Assembly (NCBI GenBank): GCA_964016885.1
Contig: OZ024742.1
Coordinates: 87,916,001 to 87,980,000 of the forward strand
Direction: 5' to 3'
DNA length: 64,000 nt
Source of the DNA: Eledone cirrhosa
Lineage: Eukaryota
The translations under genes were made by a program, and so were the position numbers. Of this stretch, positions 37,766-50,000 are shown one piece after another. Under the pieces are notes generated by a model, which ran no database searches, had not been told where the DNA came from, and saw only the letters and a program-made list of their open reading frames with translations. Each line of letters opens with the position of its first letter. Positions within the stretch are counted from its first letter, which is position 1.

Positions 37766-38107
37766 TGCTCTCTTCCCAGCATTTTGTTGAAAGATGGGTG
37801 AGAGAAGCAAGACTGGCCCGAGTGAATGGGCCTACTCTGAGTATATATCTGTAAATTAAAGGTGGGAAACTGGGATAAGGCACTTGCCTTGGTGGTCAGG
37901 GTCACTGTGGCCTTTTACTGGGCTTTCTCCACAAATGTCCCTCCGAAGTCTCCCCCCTATTGGGGAATTTTTCATTGTTATTTTTTTGTTAGATCTTCTG
38001 TTTTTTGTTTTTTACACGGAGAAATGCCCATTTATACCGTACTGTATTGTCCTGCACTGTCCTCAATGTCTACTTTATGTAAACCCTTGTGGTTAATAAA
38101 GAAATCA
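37766..38107 (+). mobile_element. L1/Tx1 LINE 3' fragment
   Basis: Matches 40779-41117; ends aataaagaaatca(tta)n. Confidence 0.88.
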
Positions 38108-38114
38108 TTATTAC

Positions 38115-38145
<31 letters not shown>

Positions 38146-41117
38146 GAATGCCATGGTTGACGGAGTCTCGGCTCTGAAAGATATTGTAAATTTTGACAGC
38201 TATAACAATTGTAAATTGGTTAAAACTTTAAACAAATTGTAGACAAAAACACACTCCTCCCCGTGAGAGGGATCTTTCTGCTCGTTGTTTGGCCCTTCTG
38301 GGTTAAATAACCGCTTATTGGGGTTTTGTTCCCAATATTTATTTTAAACAAAAAAACATGGCTACGAAAAATAGTTTTCATAGGTCACTCCCACTCATTC
38401 CGTCTTCTTCTTCCTCAATTGTCACTACAGCAGAGAGAAGATCGTCTCTCTCCCTCCCTTCTCTAAATGTGTCTCTCTCCGTCCCTTCTCTTTCGCAAGC
38501 GACGCCAGAAGAGAAAAATCACGTGCAAAGCGTGCAAGATTTCTCCACGACGACGACAACGACGAAAAATGTGTGCGGGAAATACGAAAACCCATTTCAT
38601 TCGTCTGACGTCAGGAATAATAGCAGTAGCAGTCGTAATAACAGCAGCAGCAGCAACAGTGACAAGGCAAACAACAGTAGCAGCCGCAACAGCATCAGCA
38701 GCAGCATAAACAACAACAGCATTAGCAGCAACAACAACAGCAGCAGCACAAATAACAACATCAACCACAGCAACAGCAGCGGCGGCAGTAGTCGTAGTAC
38801 ATGCAGCAACAACAAAAGTAACAGCAGCTCAGACGACAACAACAACAACAGCAGCAAAGAAAAGCCAATCTCGTTTGCAGGTATTGCAAAGAACCTGGAA
38901 ACCATCCTCATAACAAATGAGGAATTACGAGAAGCGAAGAAGATGGTGACGAAAATCGGACACCGAGCAATATGCAAGGCAGCCGAAAATGTTTTCGAAA
39001 CCCAACAGCACTGTACGGTCACGTACCGTACAGTAAGCACACAATCCCGTAGGGTTGAAAGAGCCACAGAGGCTCAAATACAAAAAGCCTTAGGGACTGT
39101 GTGGCAGCGGAAAACGCACATCACCCGAGGCAAGAAATATGCCACCGTAGACGTGCTTTTTGCCACACCCCAGGAGGCAAAGGCTCAATCCTTAGTGACC
39201 CTAAGGAGCGAGGAAATGGTGTTGGTACCCTCCTACAGCGGGCAAAAAATTGCCGCGTCTGTCCGCGTCGGAATCGAGGACAAAACAACTGTACCGCAAG
39301 TACAGAAAAAAGTAAGAGATTGGTTCGGCACCTCCATTGAAATGTTAATCCAAACCAGCCAGGAGTGCATAGAAGCTATCCCGGATGTGATAGACTTCGA
39401 TAACGGCACTCAACTTCCCATAAGTGTTGAGGGCAAACGCCCGAAATGCTTTCGCTGTGGATTGAAGACTCACCTCAGGGCCTTCTGCAACGAGAAGACC
39501 CTGAGAAAGAAGAAAACCCCCCTCCTTCCGAAACCGGCCCCACGGCTATCAGCAACAGGACAAGCGGCAGCCAGAAACGATAGGTCCGTGGCCCCCATAC
39601 CCACGCCACGGATATTAAACACAGCAGCAGCAGTGGAAGTATTAACAACAACAACAGTAATACCAAATGCAGCTGCAACAGAGACTCCAGTGCAAACATC
39701 ACCAACAACAACAAGTGAAAGAGTGGAGCTGGTACCCCTCCCCGACCTCACAGAATCAGACATGGAGTGTGAGGTGGGAGAGGGAAGGCAAAAGGTCGTA
39801 AGAAGGCACAAACGCAGAAGCAGCGCATCGTCGCCTTTGAAAAGGGAGGGAAGAAATGAAAAAAGGGTAAAATCTACTGTAAAGAGACTTACAGCAGCAA
39901 CACCACCAACACCATCACCACCCATAGTAGCACCACCATCACCACCGGCGACAACCCCACCGCCAACAACAACAACACCTTCAACACCACCACCACAAGC
40001 ACCAACATCGCAAACACAACAACAAAACACACACACCCAGCAACAACGAGAAGAAAATAGCAGAACCATACCCCACCCCCAGAAAAACAAATGCACGGCA
40101 ATAAATACACACAACAAGAAACTAATGACTTACATAATTGAACACACACACATTTCACAGCACGACTACATAATACCAGCACCAATCAACACGCCAAATA
40201 ACATAATACTGCTAAAAATAGCACAGAAACAATACACAAACATTAAAACGAAATACTCCAACGCAGTTGGTGATTTCAGAGACCTGGGAGGGACTTTCAA
40301 CCGGAGAGTATATTCGGACATACTCATAGAAGAGCCGAGGACCAGCCGAAGCGACGATTCAACGGTCCTTTCCCCTGACGATCAAGTGAAAAGGGATTGA
40401 AAAACCATCCTTCCTCTACAAAAAGTACGGTAAGTAGTCTTTCCCACCTTTTCGACTCTATTTTAAACATGACCTCACTCAGAATAGGCAGAATAAATGC
40501 GCGTGGCTTGGGGTCGTGATGGAAGCAGGGCCACATGCTCGACGACCTCAGGTCACTAAACATAGATGTAGTGGCCATCAGCGAGACCAGAATGTCCCAA
40601 GCACGGACATTTAGCCGGGAAGGGCAGGCAGTTTTTATATGTCTGGTGGCCATGGCGGAAGAGATAGTATGGTGGACACGTTTGAAAGGGCTGAAGACGA
40701 GCACTTACCTCTTCGGTGATGCCCTGATTAACTTTTTCAAATTTCATTTGAAAAGGAAAATCAGAGTAGAGCGGGAACTGCTCTCTTCCCAGCATTTTGT
40801 TGAAAGATGGGTGAGAGAAGCAAGAATGGCCCGAGTGAATGGGCCTACTCTGAGTACGTATCTGTAAATTAAAGGTGGAAAACTGGGAGAGGGAACTTGC
40901 CTTGGTGGTCAGGGTCACTGTGGCCTTTTACTGGGCTTTCTCCACAAATGTCCCTCCGAAGTCTCCCCCCTATTGGGAATGTTTCATTGTTATTTTTTTG
41001 TTACATCCTCTGTTTTTGTTCTTTACACGCAGCAATGCCCATTTGTACCGTCCTGTATTGTCCTGCATTGTCCTTAATGTCTACTTTATGTAGACCCTAG
41101 TGGTTAATAAAGAAATC
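38146..41117 (+). mobile_element. Internally deleted L1/Tx1 element (ORF1-only, HAL1-like)
   Basis: Intact ORF1; ORF2 jumps near 40605 from the APE start to the C-terminus; (TTA)n on both sides. Confidence 0.88.
38358..40400 (+). CDS. LINE ORF1 protein (680 aa) with CCHC zinc knuckle
   Basis: Uninterrupted ORF; CFRCGLKTHLRAFC knuckle; Ser/Asn-rich and Pro/Thr-rich tracts; homologous to broken ORF1 at 47473. Confidence 0.85.
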   Translation: MATKNSFHRSLPLIPSSSSSIVTTAERRSSLSLPSLNVSLSVPSLSQATPEEKNHVQSVQDFSTTTTTTKNVCGKYENPFHSSDVRNNSSSSRNNSSSSNSDKANNSSSRNSISSSINNNSISSNNNSSSTNNNINHSNSSGGSSRSTCSNNKSNSSSDDNNNNSSKEKPISFAGIAKNLETILITNEELREAKKMVTKIGHRAICKAAENVFETQQHCTVTYRTVSTQSRRVERATEAQIQKALGTVWQRKTHITRGKKYATVDVLFATPQEAKAQSLVTLRSEEMVLVPSYSGQKIAASVRVGIEDKTTVPQVQKKVRDWFGTSIEMLIQTSQECIEAIPDVIDFDNGTQLPISVEGKRPKCFRCGLKTHLRAFCNEKTLRKKKTPLLPKPAPRLSATGQAAARNDRSVAPIPTPRILNTAAAVEVLTTTTVIPNAAATETPVQTSPTTTSERVELVPLPDLTESDMECEVGEGRQKVVRRHKRRSSASSPLKREGRNEKRVKSTVKRLTAATPPTPSPPIVAPPSPPATTPPPTTTTPSTPPPQAPTSQTQQQNTHTQQQREENSRTIPHPQKNKCTAINTHNKKLMTYIIEHTHISQHDYIIPAPINTPNNIILLKIAQKQYTNIKTKYSNAVGDFRDLGGTFNRRVYSDILIEEPRTSRSDDSTVLSPDDQVKRD

Positions 41118-41145
41118 ATTATTATTATTATTATTATTATTATTG

Positions 41146-41619
41146 TTCTTTGAGTCTCAGTCATTGATGTTAGTTAATTGGAATGTTTGTTGAAATGAAT
41201 ATTAAGCCACTACTTGCAGCCTCAGATATTTAGGACGTATCTAAGTGTTCTTGCTGTTCCCAGCAAGCATGCCTTTTGAAGCGTTCCAAAAAGCGTTGCG
41301 GGGCCAATTTTCTTTAACAATCCCTGGAAACTTTTTGAGATAGTTCCTAGTACGCATATGACAATCGGGACCACTTTGACTTCATGGCAGTTCCAAATCC
41401 TTTTTACCTCCCACTTTAAGTCCTGGTATCGGTTAATTTTCTCTCTCTCCTTCTTTTGCACTCTCGTGTCGAATGGGCACAATCGTGCACGATCTCTTTT
41501 CCTTGTTCAAAACCACCAGGTCAGGTCTATTGTGTTCCAGTTTCTTGTCCGTCTGTATCCTAAAATTCCACAGCACCTTCACCTGATCGTTTTCTATCAC
41601 CGACTCTGACTTATGCTCT
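41146..41619 (-). mobile_element. R4/Dong LINE family B 3' fragment
   Basis: KINRYQDLKWEV...LQKACLLGTAR; flanked by (TTA)n. Confidence 0.88.
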
Positions 41620-41635
41620 ATTATTATTATTATTA

Positions 41636-41970
41636 GGGCGGTGGATTGGCAGTATTGGTAGAGGGTCGGACGCCATGCTTTCCAGCATAGTTACGTCCCT
41701 TTACGATCTGAGTTCAAATCCCGCCGAGGTTGACTTTGCCTTTCATCCTTACGAGGTCGATAAAATAAAGTACCAGTAATGCACTGGATAATTGCTGGCC
41801 TTGTGCCTAAAGTATAAACTATTATTATTATTAGAGTTACGGCCCTTGCCATTCTGAGTTCAAATCCCGCCGAGGTTAACTTTGCCTTTCATCCTTACGG
41901 GGTCGATAAAATAAAGTATCAGTAATACACTGGGTAATTGCTGGCCTTGTGCCTAACGTAGAAACAATTA
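41636..41970 (+). mobile_element. Two tandem tRNA-derived SINE copies (full 41636-41820, truncated 41833-41970)
   Basis: ggcgg/ccgcc acceptor-like stem, A and B boxes, (ATT)n tails. Confidence 0.88.
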
Positions 41971-42015
41971 ATATTATTATTATTATTATAATTATTATTA
42001 TTATTATTCTTATTA

Positions 42016-45000
42016 CTCTTTGAGTCTCAGTCATTGATGTTAGTTAACTGGAAAGTTTGTTGAAATGAATATCAAGCCACTACCTGCAGCCTCAGATATT
42101 CAGGACGTATCGGAGTGTTCTTGCTGTTCCCAGCAAGCATGCCTTTTGAAGCGTTCCAAAAAGCGTGAAGGGGCCAATTTTTTTTAACCATCCCTGGAAA
42201 CTTTTTGAGATAGTCCCTAGTGCGCCTATGACAATCGGGATCACTTTGACTTCATAGCAGTTCCAAATCCTTTTTACCTCCCACTTTAAGTCCTGGTATC
42301 GGTTAATTTTCTCCCTCTCCTTCTCTTGCACTCTAATGTGGAATAGGCAGGCCACATCCACAATCAGGCATGATCTTTTTTCTTTGTCCAAAATCACCAG
42401 GTAAGGTCTAATGTGTTCCAGTTTCTTGTCCGTCTGTATCCTAAAATCCCACAGCACCTTCACCTGATCGTTTTCTATCACCGCCTCTGGCTTATGCTCA
42501 AACCACTTCTCAGAATGTGGTAAATTGTTTACTTTGCATAGGTGCAAGTGGATCACCCTGCCCATCACATCATGTCTCCAGCCCTTATAGTGAGTCTGGG
42601 CTAGGTGTTTACACTCGGATACAATGTGAGCCACAGTCTCGTCTCTCTCTCCACAGATCCTGCACAGTGGGCTAGCCTCATCCTTGTAAATGTGGTGTTT
42701 CAACCACTTCGTTTTGAGGGCCTGCACCTGCGCAGCCATTAACATTCCTTCTGTAGCCTTTTTAAGGTCTCCTCTTTCCAACCAGTTCCATGTCTGTGGA
42801 TCTCTAAATTCAGTTCTCTCAAAGAAGGTACTATGAAGGGATTTTTCCTGTAGGCTGTTCTTCTCCTTGATGTTATTTCCTCCTTGGACAACCCCTGGCC
42901 TATTGTCCCCTCCTTCAGTACAGTTCTGAGCATTGGCTCCTTACTATCAGTCACGTATTTGTGTAGGTTGTTTTTCTCCATCTGAACACAGTCCTCTATG
43001 CTGATAAGACCTCTTCTACCCTCATATCTCCTTAAGTAGAGTCTATGGACATCACTCCTCTTGTGGAACATGTTGTAGATAGTCAATAGCTTCCTAGTCT
43101 TCCTATCCATTTCTTTTTGTTCAGCAACATTCCATCTCAGAATTCCAGCACTGTACCTGATAATAGACACAGCTCGGGAATTTACTGCACTTATGGAATT
43201 CCTACTGTTCAGATGTGACTTTAATACGCTCCTTATTCTCCGAATGTATTCAGTTCTTATCAATTCCTTCATTCTTTTGTTCTTGATGGCATCAGACTCT
43301 AGAACGCCCAAATACATGTATCCTTCCTCAAAGTCAATTTCCTTTATCATCTCACCTGTTGGTATCTGGATTCCGTTACTTCTGCTCAACTTACCCCTCC
43401 TCATCACAATGTCACCACACTTACTAATACCAAATTGCATACATATATTATTGCTGAAAATACGGACAGTGTCAACAAGCACATCCAACTCCTTCTCACT
43501 CTTCCCGAAGAGCTTAACATCGTCCATGAAGAGAAGGTGATTGATAGTAAGCCCTCCCTTTCCCAACCTGTATCCTGCTCTCACTTTTCGCAGTACACTG
43601 GTCAGGGGCATCTGGGCAAGGACAAACAACAGAGGAGACAGACTATCTCCCTGGAAGATACCTCTCTTGATCTTCACGCTTCCCAAGGATTCTCCAGCTA
43701 TTATTAACTCTGTTTCCCATGACTTCATACTTTTGCCAAACAACTGTCTGATGTTATCTGCCACCTTGATGATCTCCAGGCTTTTGGTGATCCAAGAATG
43801 AGGCACCATGTCAAATGCCTTTTTGTATCTATCCATCCCATCGCAAGAACAGTGTGTCTCCTCTTGCAATTCCTCATTACCATATTATCAATAAGTAACT
43901 GGTCCATTGTACCACGTGACTTCTTTCGGCATCCTTTCTGTTCGTCCGGTAACAAGTTTTTTTTGTGGAGGTGATGGTAGATTTCCTCAGACATAATGCT
44001 TGTCAACAGTTTCCACATTACGGACAGACATGTGATAGGTCTATAGTTGGTAACATCATTACCCTTGATTCGGTCTTTCATTATCAGAACTGTGGTACCT
44101 TTTGTCAACCACTCTTATACATCACCTGACATCAAGCAGTCATTGAACATGGTTGTCAGTTTCGGGTGGAGGGGTGTTATACTTTTAATCAAATACCCCT
44201 GCACACTATCTGGGCCTGGTGATTTCCAGTTGGTTAGTTTTTTGGCCTGCCCCTTAAGAGTTTCAACTGTGATACTCAAATCAGTTTGTTGCTGTGCTTG
44301 TTCACTGATCTCCTTCTGTACTGTCTCAATCCACACTGCCTGGTCATTATGTTTAACATCCTGCTCCCATATTCCTCTCCAGAATGTTTTAGTTTGTTCC
44401 GCCTCAGGGATAAGTCGTTGCCTCTTTCTTTCCCTTCAAGCTGTCTAAACAACATCTTCTGGTTGCTGTCGAACATGCGGTTCTGTCTATACTGACTGAC
44501 TCTGTTCTCGTATCGCCTGATTTTTGCACTCTTTGCTACAATACGTTACTTCAGTTCCTCTATGATAATATTTAGCTTTTTCCTCCTAGTTTTGTACTTT
44601 ATTTCCAGTCTATTTTTCGTGTCTATGTTTTTGAGTGTCCCATTCAGTAGGGACTCACGCTTTCCAACGTAATTTCTCATTTTCCTGATTTGACCACTCA
44701 GTCGCTTCTTTCACCAAGGCTCTGCTCATTCTTGTCTGTTGTTTCCTCTCGCTTTTATACCATACTTGTCTGTTGTTTCCTCTCGCTTTTACACCGTATT
44801 TGCTGTTGCTTTGAGGATATTGTTGCACTGGTGAAGGCTCCTCGCCTCAAGGTATGGGATGACTTTGTTTACTTTAGCTGTTGTTTCTTTTAACTTTTTC
44901 CTGTCTACAAATATTAGGTTGATAGGTCTCCCACTGTCATTGTTCAATTCATCTACCACTGAGTTTAGGATATCAACCAAATTTTGTCCTAGCCCGTCAG

Positions 45001-45655
45001 CATTCATCTCCTCAGTGGACGTATCTCTGTTCCAGGTACTATTTATCTCAGCATTCAGATCATTGTCTGTTTCGGGTGGTTCCTCCGTTCTCTCGACCTC
45101 TTCACCTTCATTTCCCACTGGTTCGTTTGCCTGGCATACTCCACTCTCCATCTCCAAGCTAATCTCTCTGCTCAGTTCCTCCAGTTCCAGCTCGCTTATC
45201 CACCCATTAGTTCTTATTACCCAAGCCTGCCCGGCCAATTTTTGTTCATCTAATTTAAATAGACCAATCTCGTTCCAGATGTTATGCATCCGTTCCCTAT
45301 AGCCTTTCTCCTTGGGGTTACTCTTCAGGTAACATTGCATAACAGTTATATTCGATTCTTTCGTCCAGTTGGTTCTGGTCCCTTTCCTTCTTCTTGTTCC
45401 TCCGACACCAGCCGTATTTGGTTGACAGCCAGGTCCCTCCTGCTGAGCCAGGAGCACCTGTTTGGTGAGAGTCTGTCACATGATATTCTAGTCTCCATTT
45501 CACCGTTATTCGAACTGTTTAGGTTCGACATTTAAACACTCTTATCGAGGCTTGGCGAATGTATGGTTACATAACTACCGGTGAATTCATCGTCTCCGGT
45601 GGCTTCGTCACTCCACGTGACTTTTGTGTGGCATTATCACGCTGTAGACGAACAT
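42016..45655 (-). mobile_element. R4/Dong-clade RLE LINE family B, near full length, frameshifted
   Basis: WKSPGPD, NYRPITCL, YKKAFD, GIFQGDSLSP, LFMDD, CRICG...H....C and RHD motifs; ORF start ~45531, stop 42092. Confidence 0.92.
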
Positions 45656-45659
45656 AAAT

Positions 45660-46970
45660 AAACAAACAAACAAACAGGCAGAAAAAAACCCCAAAATGAA
45701 TAACCATAAGTTCCATTGTAATGTAGTGTTTGAATGTCTGACTTAGTTTTTCCCTTCCCTTCTCTGTCCGTCTGTTTGTTTTTCTCTTCATTCTTATTTT
45801 CTTTACGTTTTTCGGTGTTGCTGTGCTGCTTTGATTTTGATTTTTGTTTTTTTGATTTGACCGGGTCATCAATTCAGTATATTTATATATTTTGATGCCT
45901 TCCTCTTTTAGTGGGGATTCTACGATATAGCAGGTGGTAGCGGGAGAGAATAGCAGCGGTAGTGATGATGAGGCAGTGGTGGTGGTGGTGGCGGTGCTGT
46001 GCTAGCAGCAACTAGCAGGAGGTAGTGGAAGAGAATAGCGGCGGTAGCGATAATGAGGCAGTGGTGGTGGTGTGCGCTCGTATTACTGTAGTGATGGTGT
46101 TGAAGTTGGAGTAGAAATAGCGGTTGAGTCGACTTGACCATAGATTTCATCGTGGTAGTGGTGGTGGTGTTGGTGGTGAAATTATCTTTAGTTATTTAGT
46201 CATTTTGTCATTTTCCTCCTTTTCGACTCTAACATTCCTGATCCAAAATTAAATATTAATCTTGTTTATTAATATTGTCTAGTGATACCGCCATCTTCCC
46301 CTTTCGTAAGTTAACAGAATGTAATGGGGGGATAGCGGTGTTAGCAATGAAGGAGTGGTGGCGGCTGTGATGGGATAGTAGTAGTAATGATGGATGGGCG
46401 GCGGTGGCGGTGACTGTATTGATGGCGTTGTCGTTACTGAGTTTTGTTGAATGAACTGTATTTTTGTTTGATCGGTGAATCTATGGGGTTAGTCGCGTTA
46501 TGTGTTGACATATTATCTTAATATTGGAATTAAACATTTTGTGAAAACTTGAGACAATAATAATAGTAATTATTATTATTATGCTGAGATTGGTGTTGGT
46601 GGTTGTGAAATTGCCGTTATCTGGCTGATGTGTTTAGTGTTCACAGAGGGGTGATGGGGTAGGTGGTGTATCTAGTCTCTGGTGTTGGTGAAATTGCTGT
46701 TGTTTGGCTGTTCTATATAGTGTAGACAGAGGGGGTTTTCTTCCATTTAACCATTTTCTTTTTTGAATATAAAATGTATAATACAAAATTGAATATTTGA
46801 GCGATATGACAATATATTATGGATCCGAATTTTTTGGGGACTCAAGCTGGGTGCTTTATGTATCATTTGTACTAAGAATTGTTATTTCACAATTGATTTA
46901 AATATGTTAAAAATCAAAACTTACGGGAGCGATTTCACGACCTTCTATCCACCACGTGCGTCTTCTTCCC
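45660..46970 (-). repeat. Unclassified repeat X, copy 2 (possibly decayed LINE 5'UTR plus ORF1)
   Basis: Begins GGGAAGAAGACGCACG right after (TAA)n on -; Thr/Pro-rich and Lys-rich broken frames. Confidence 0.55.
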
Positions 46971-47020
<50 letters not shown>

Positions 47021-50000
47021 GTCGACCTACGTAGGAAATCGTATTATCGTGAGCTCCGCAAATGTTTGTAGTTTCCAGTTGTTTAACGTTTCCATTTATG
47101 GAAACAATTTTTTGGGAACTGTATATAAGTGCAAATACAATATTTTCTGAAAAGGACACTCAAAAAGATTGGGTCCTTGAGGCCAAAATTTAAACTTTTA
47201 TAATTATCAAACAAAAATTTCTTTGAAAAACTCATGGACGATCAGTCACACCTTCCTCACAAACTAACACCTCACACCCACACCACCATTGTAAATATTA
47301 CTACGTTTGCCAACACTAAAAATATAAGCAGTAGCAATATTTTAAATTTGTCTCATGCAGAAATTCATTTCCCGCCATTACCAATGACTGCAGGTGTGGA
47401 AGCCGCCACCCCCACCACCACAACAGCGACAACAGAAACAAAAGAAAAAATGAATTATCTCGTGACATCGAAATGGATTCACCCAGAATGGGTTCTTCCA
47501 CACTGAACACAACTGACGCCACCACCACAACAACTGAAACTAAAAATAACAATAACAAAAATAACAGTAACAACAACAGCAACAACAACAATGAGAATAA
47601 CATCGTGTCATTTGCGAAGGCAGCCAAGAAATACGAAACAATCCAGGTAACTCAGGAGGAATTAGATGAAGCTAATAGAATGGTAAATAAAGATGGGTAC
47701 AGGATAAGCCTCCCCTCCCACCCCACACCAAAACCACCAAATAAAATGGAGCATCGGCGCCTATGCACTGTGTCATGTCGGACGATTAACATAAAATCAC
47801 GCCGAGTGAAATGGGCATCCGAGTCCCTAATCCAAAAAAATGTGGAACATGTGTGGGCAAAAAACACCCGCATCAGACGTTGGCAGAAATATGGAACCGT
47901 GGACGTGTTATTAGAAACACCACAGAAAGCCAGAGTAGAGTACACTCCATGGCCCCATTAAGAAGTGACGAGTTTACACTCGTCTCAAGCTATTGTCGCC
48001 AGTGACTCGTGAAGTTCAGGGTGACCCACGATCCACCGGCCATCGATATTCCCTGGCTAGTGGCAGCCGTCCTCGCCGGCATCGAGGCCAACACCAGTAT
48101 AGTCGAAATAGCGAAAGAAAAGCAGGAGAACTGGTCCAGATCTGGGATGGAGCTCCTGATCCAAGCGGACCAAAATATAATTGACGAGATCCCAGAGGTA
48201 ATAGACCTCACTGACGGCAACCACCCCACCGTAATCGTCGAGGGCAGAATGCCTAGGTGTGTCATTGTGGTGAAAGAACCCACTTAAGGGCTTTCTGCCT
48301 TCAGGCTAAAAGGTTGAGGCCGCCTCCCTTACCCACCGCAGTGACGCAACCATCAACACCACCAGCAGCAGAGGTGGCAGCAACAACTGTAGCAGCAACA
48401 ACAGAAGCAACTGTAACAGCATCAAACCCAGCAACAGTAGCAAAACCAACACCACCACCACCCAACGCGCCAGAACTAGAACCAGCGCCTACACAATCCA
48501 CCACGCCACAACCAAAACCAACGCCTGTGGAGGATTTTCCACTCCCCGACCTATCGCAACTGGAGACAGATTGTGACGACGAGGAGTGGGAAACGGTATC
48601 AGGAAAGAAGAAAAAAAGAAAAAAATCATCTTCCTTCCCCCTCCAAAAACAAAATACAGAGGGAAACAAATAAACTATCAAACAAAAAAGGTAGGACAGC
48701 TATGACACTACCCACACAGTATCACCAAACCCATCACCACAAATAACAGCACCATCACCATCATTAAGCTCAACAGCACCATCACCTACACCACAAAAGT
48801 CACCAAAAAGCGAAACAGAAACAAACCCACAACAAACGCAAACAAAACAAAACAACCAAAACGATACACACTACACAGCATTAAATTTGAACAACAACCA
48901 ATTATTACACTACATCCAACACAACACCAGCATCACAGAAAAAGACTGCACCACACCCCAAAAGTTCACACCACCTCCACACAAACAAATCACTCGCATC
49001 ACACAGAAAACGTACACGACACTAAAACAAACATGCCCCGAAGACATCGGAGACTTCCGACAAGCACTCTCCAGCAGGATTTATAAGGACATCCTTTCAG
49101 AGGAGGCCACAAGCAGTGAAAAGGATGGACAAAACCATCCTTCCTCTACGAGAAGTAATGTAAGTGGTATGTCCCATCTTTTCCACTCCATTTCAACATG
49201 ACCTCACTCAGAATAGGCAGCATAAATGCGCGTGGCTTGGGGTCCTCATGGAAGCAGGGCCACCCGCTCGACGACCTCAGGTCACTAAACATAGATGTAG
49301 TGGCCATCAGCGAGACCAGAATGTCCCAAGCAGGGGCCTTCGCGCCGATCTTCGGCGGTTACGATGTCTACGCATCTCCCAGCCGTACTGGATCGGGGGA
49401 CGAGTTGCTGTACTTTTTCGGAGAGGCTTGGATATCACCATACGGGCCATCTCCCTGGACCCAGAATGTAAGTTGGTGGTGCTGGACGTGACCAGCGGAG
49501 ACGGGCAAGATTCAGGCTAGTAGCCGTCTATGCCATGACAGGAGCAGGGCGGCCTGATTTCTTCCGGCGTCTGGAGACCTTTCTTGGAATGTCCCGGTCT
49601 TTAGTGTTAGTGATCGACTGGAACGGGATTTTAGATGCACGCTGGTACCGATTGGATTTCCCGAATGTGCCAATGTGGACTTGGACAAAACTCATAGTGT
49701 CATCCAGATCATATCTAGATAGAGTATTTTGTAAGGAAATAGATAGGTCTAGCATAGGCTGTCCACAATTCAAGATAGTCAGTTACACGTACCACAAAAT
49801 CGTGATCTGAGTGCTCAACTTATATAGGCTTCATAGACGAGGACCCGGCTACTGGAAGCTAAACGCGTCCTTACCAGCGCGTAAAGCCTACAGGACCGGA
49901 TTAGCGAACTAGTTAAGCAGGCGTTTACGGGGGCCATCGTCAACAACAAGTGGGGGTTTGCTCTGAAAAGAGCGATTAGAATAGAGTCCATTAGGTTTGG

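Noticed and set aside
41636-41725. tRNA gene
   Set aside because: A and B boxes and an acceptor-like stem exist, but there is no proper cloverleaf; it is the head of a multicopy SINE.
45545-45640. Hammerhead in the Dong family B 5'UTR (gtcac/gtgac followed by GAAG)
   Set aside because: No CTGANGA before the stem; only unassigned hairpins.
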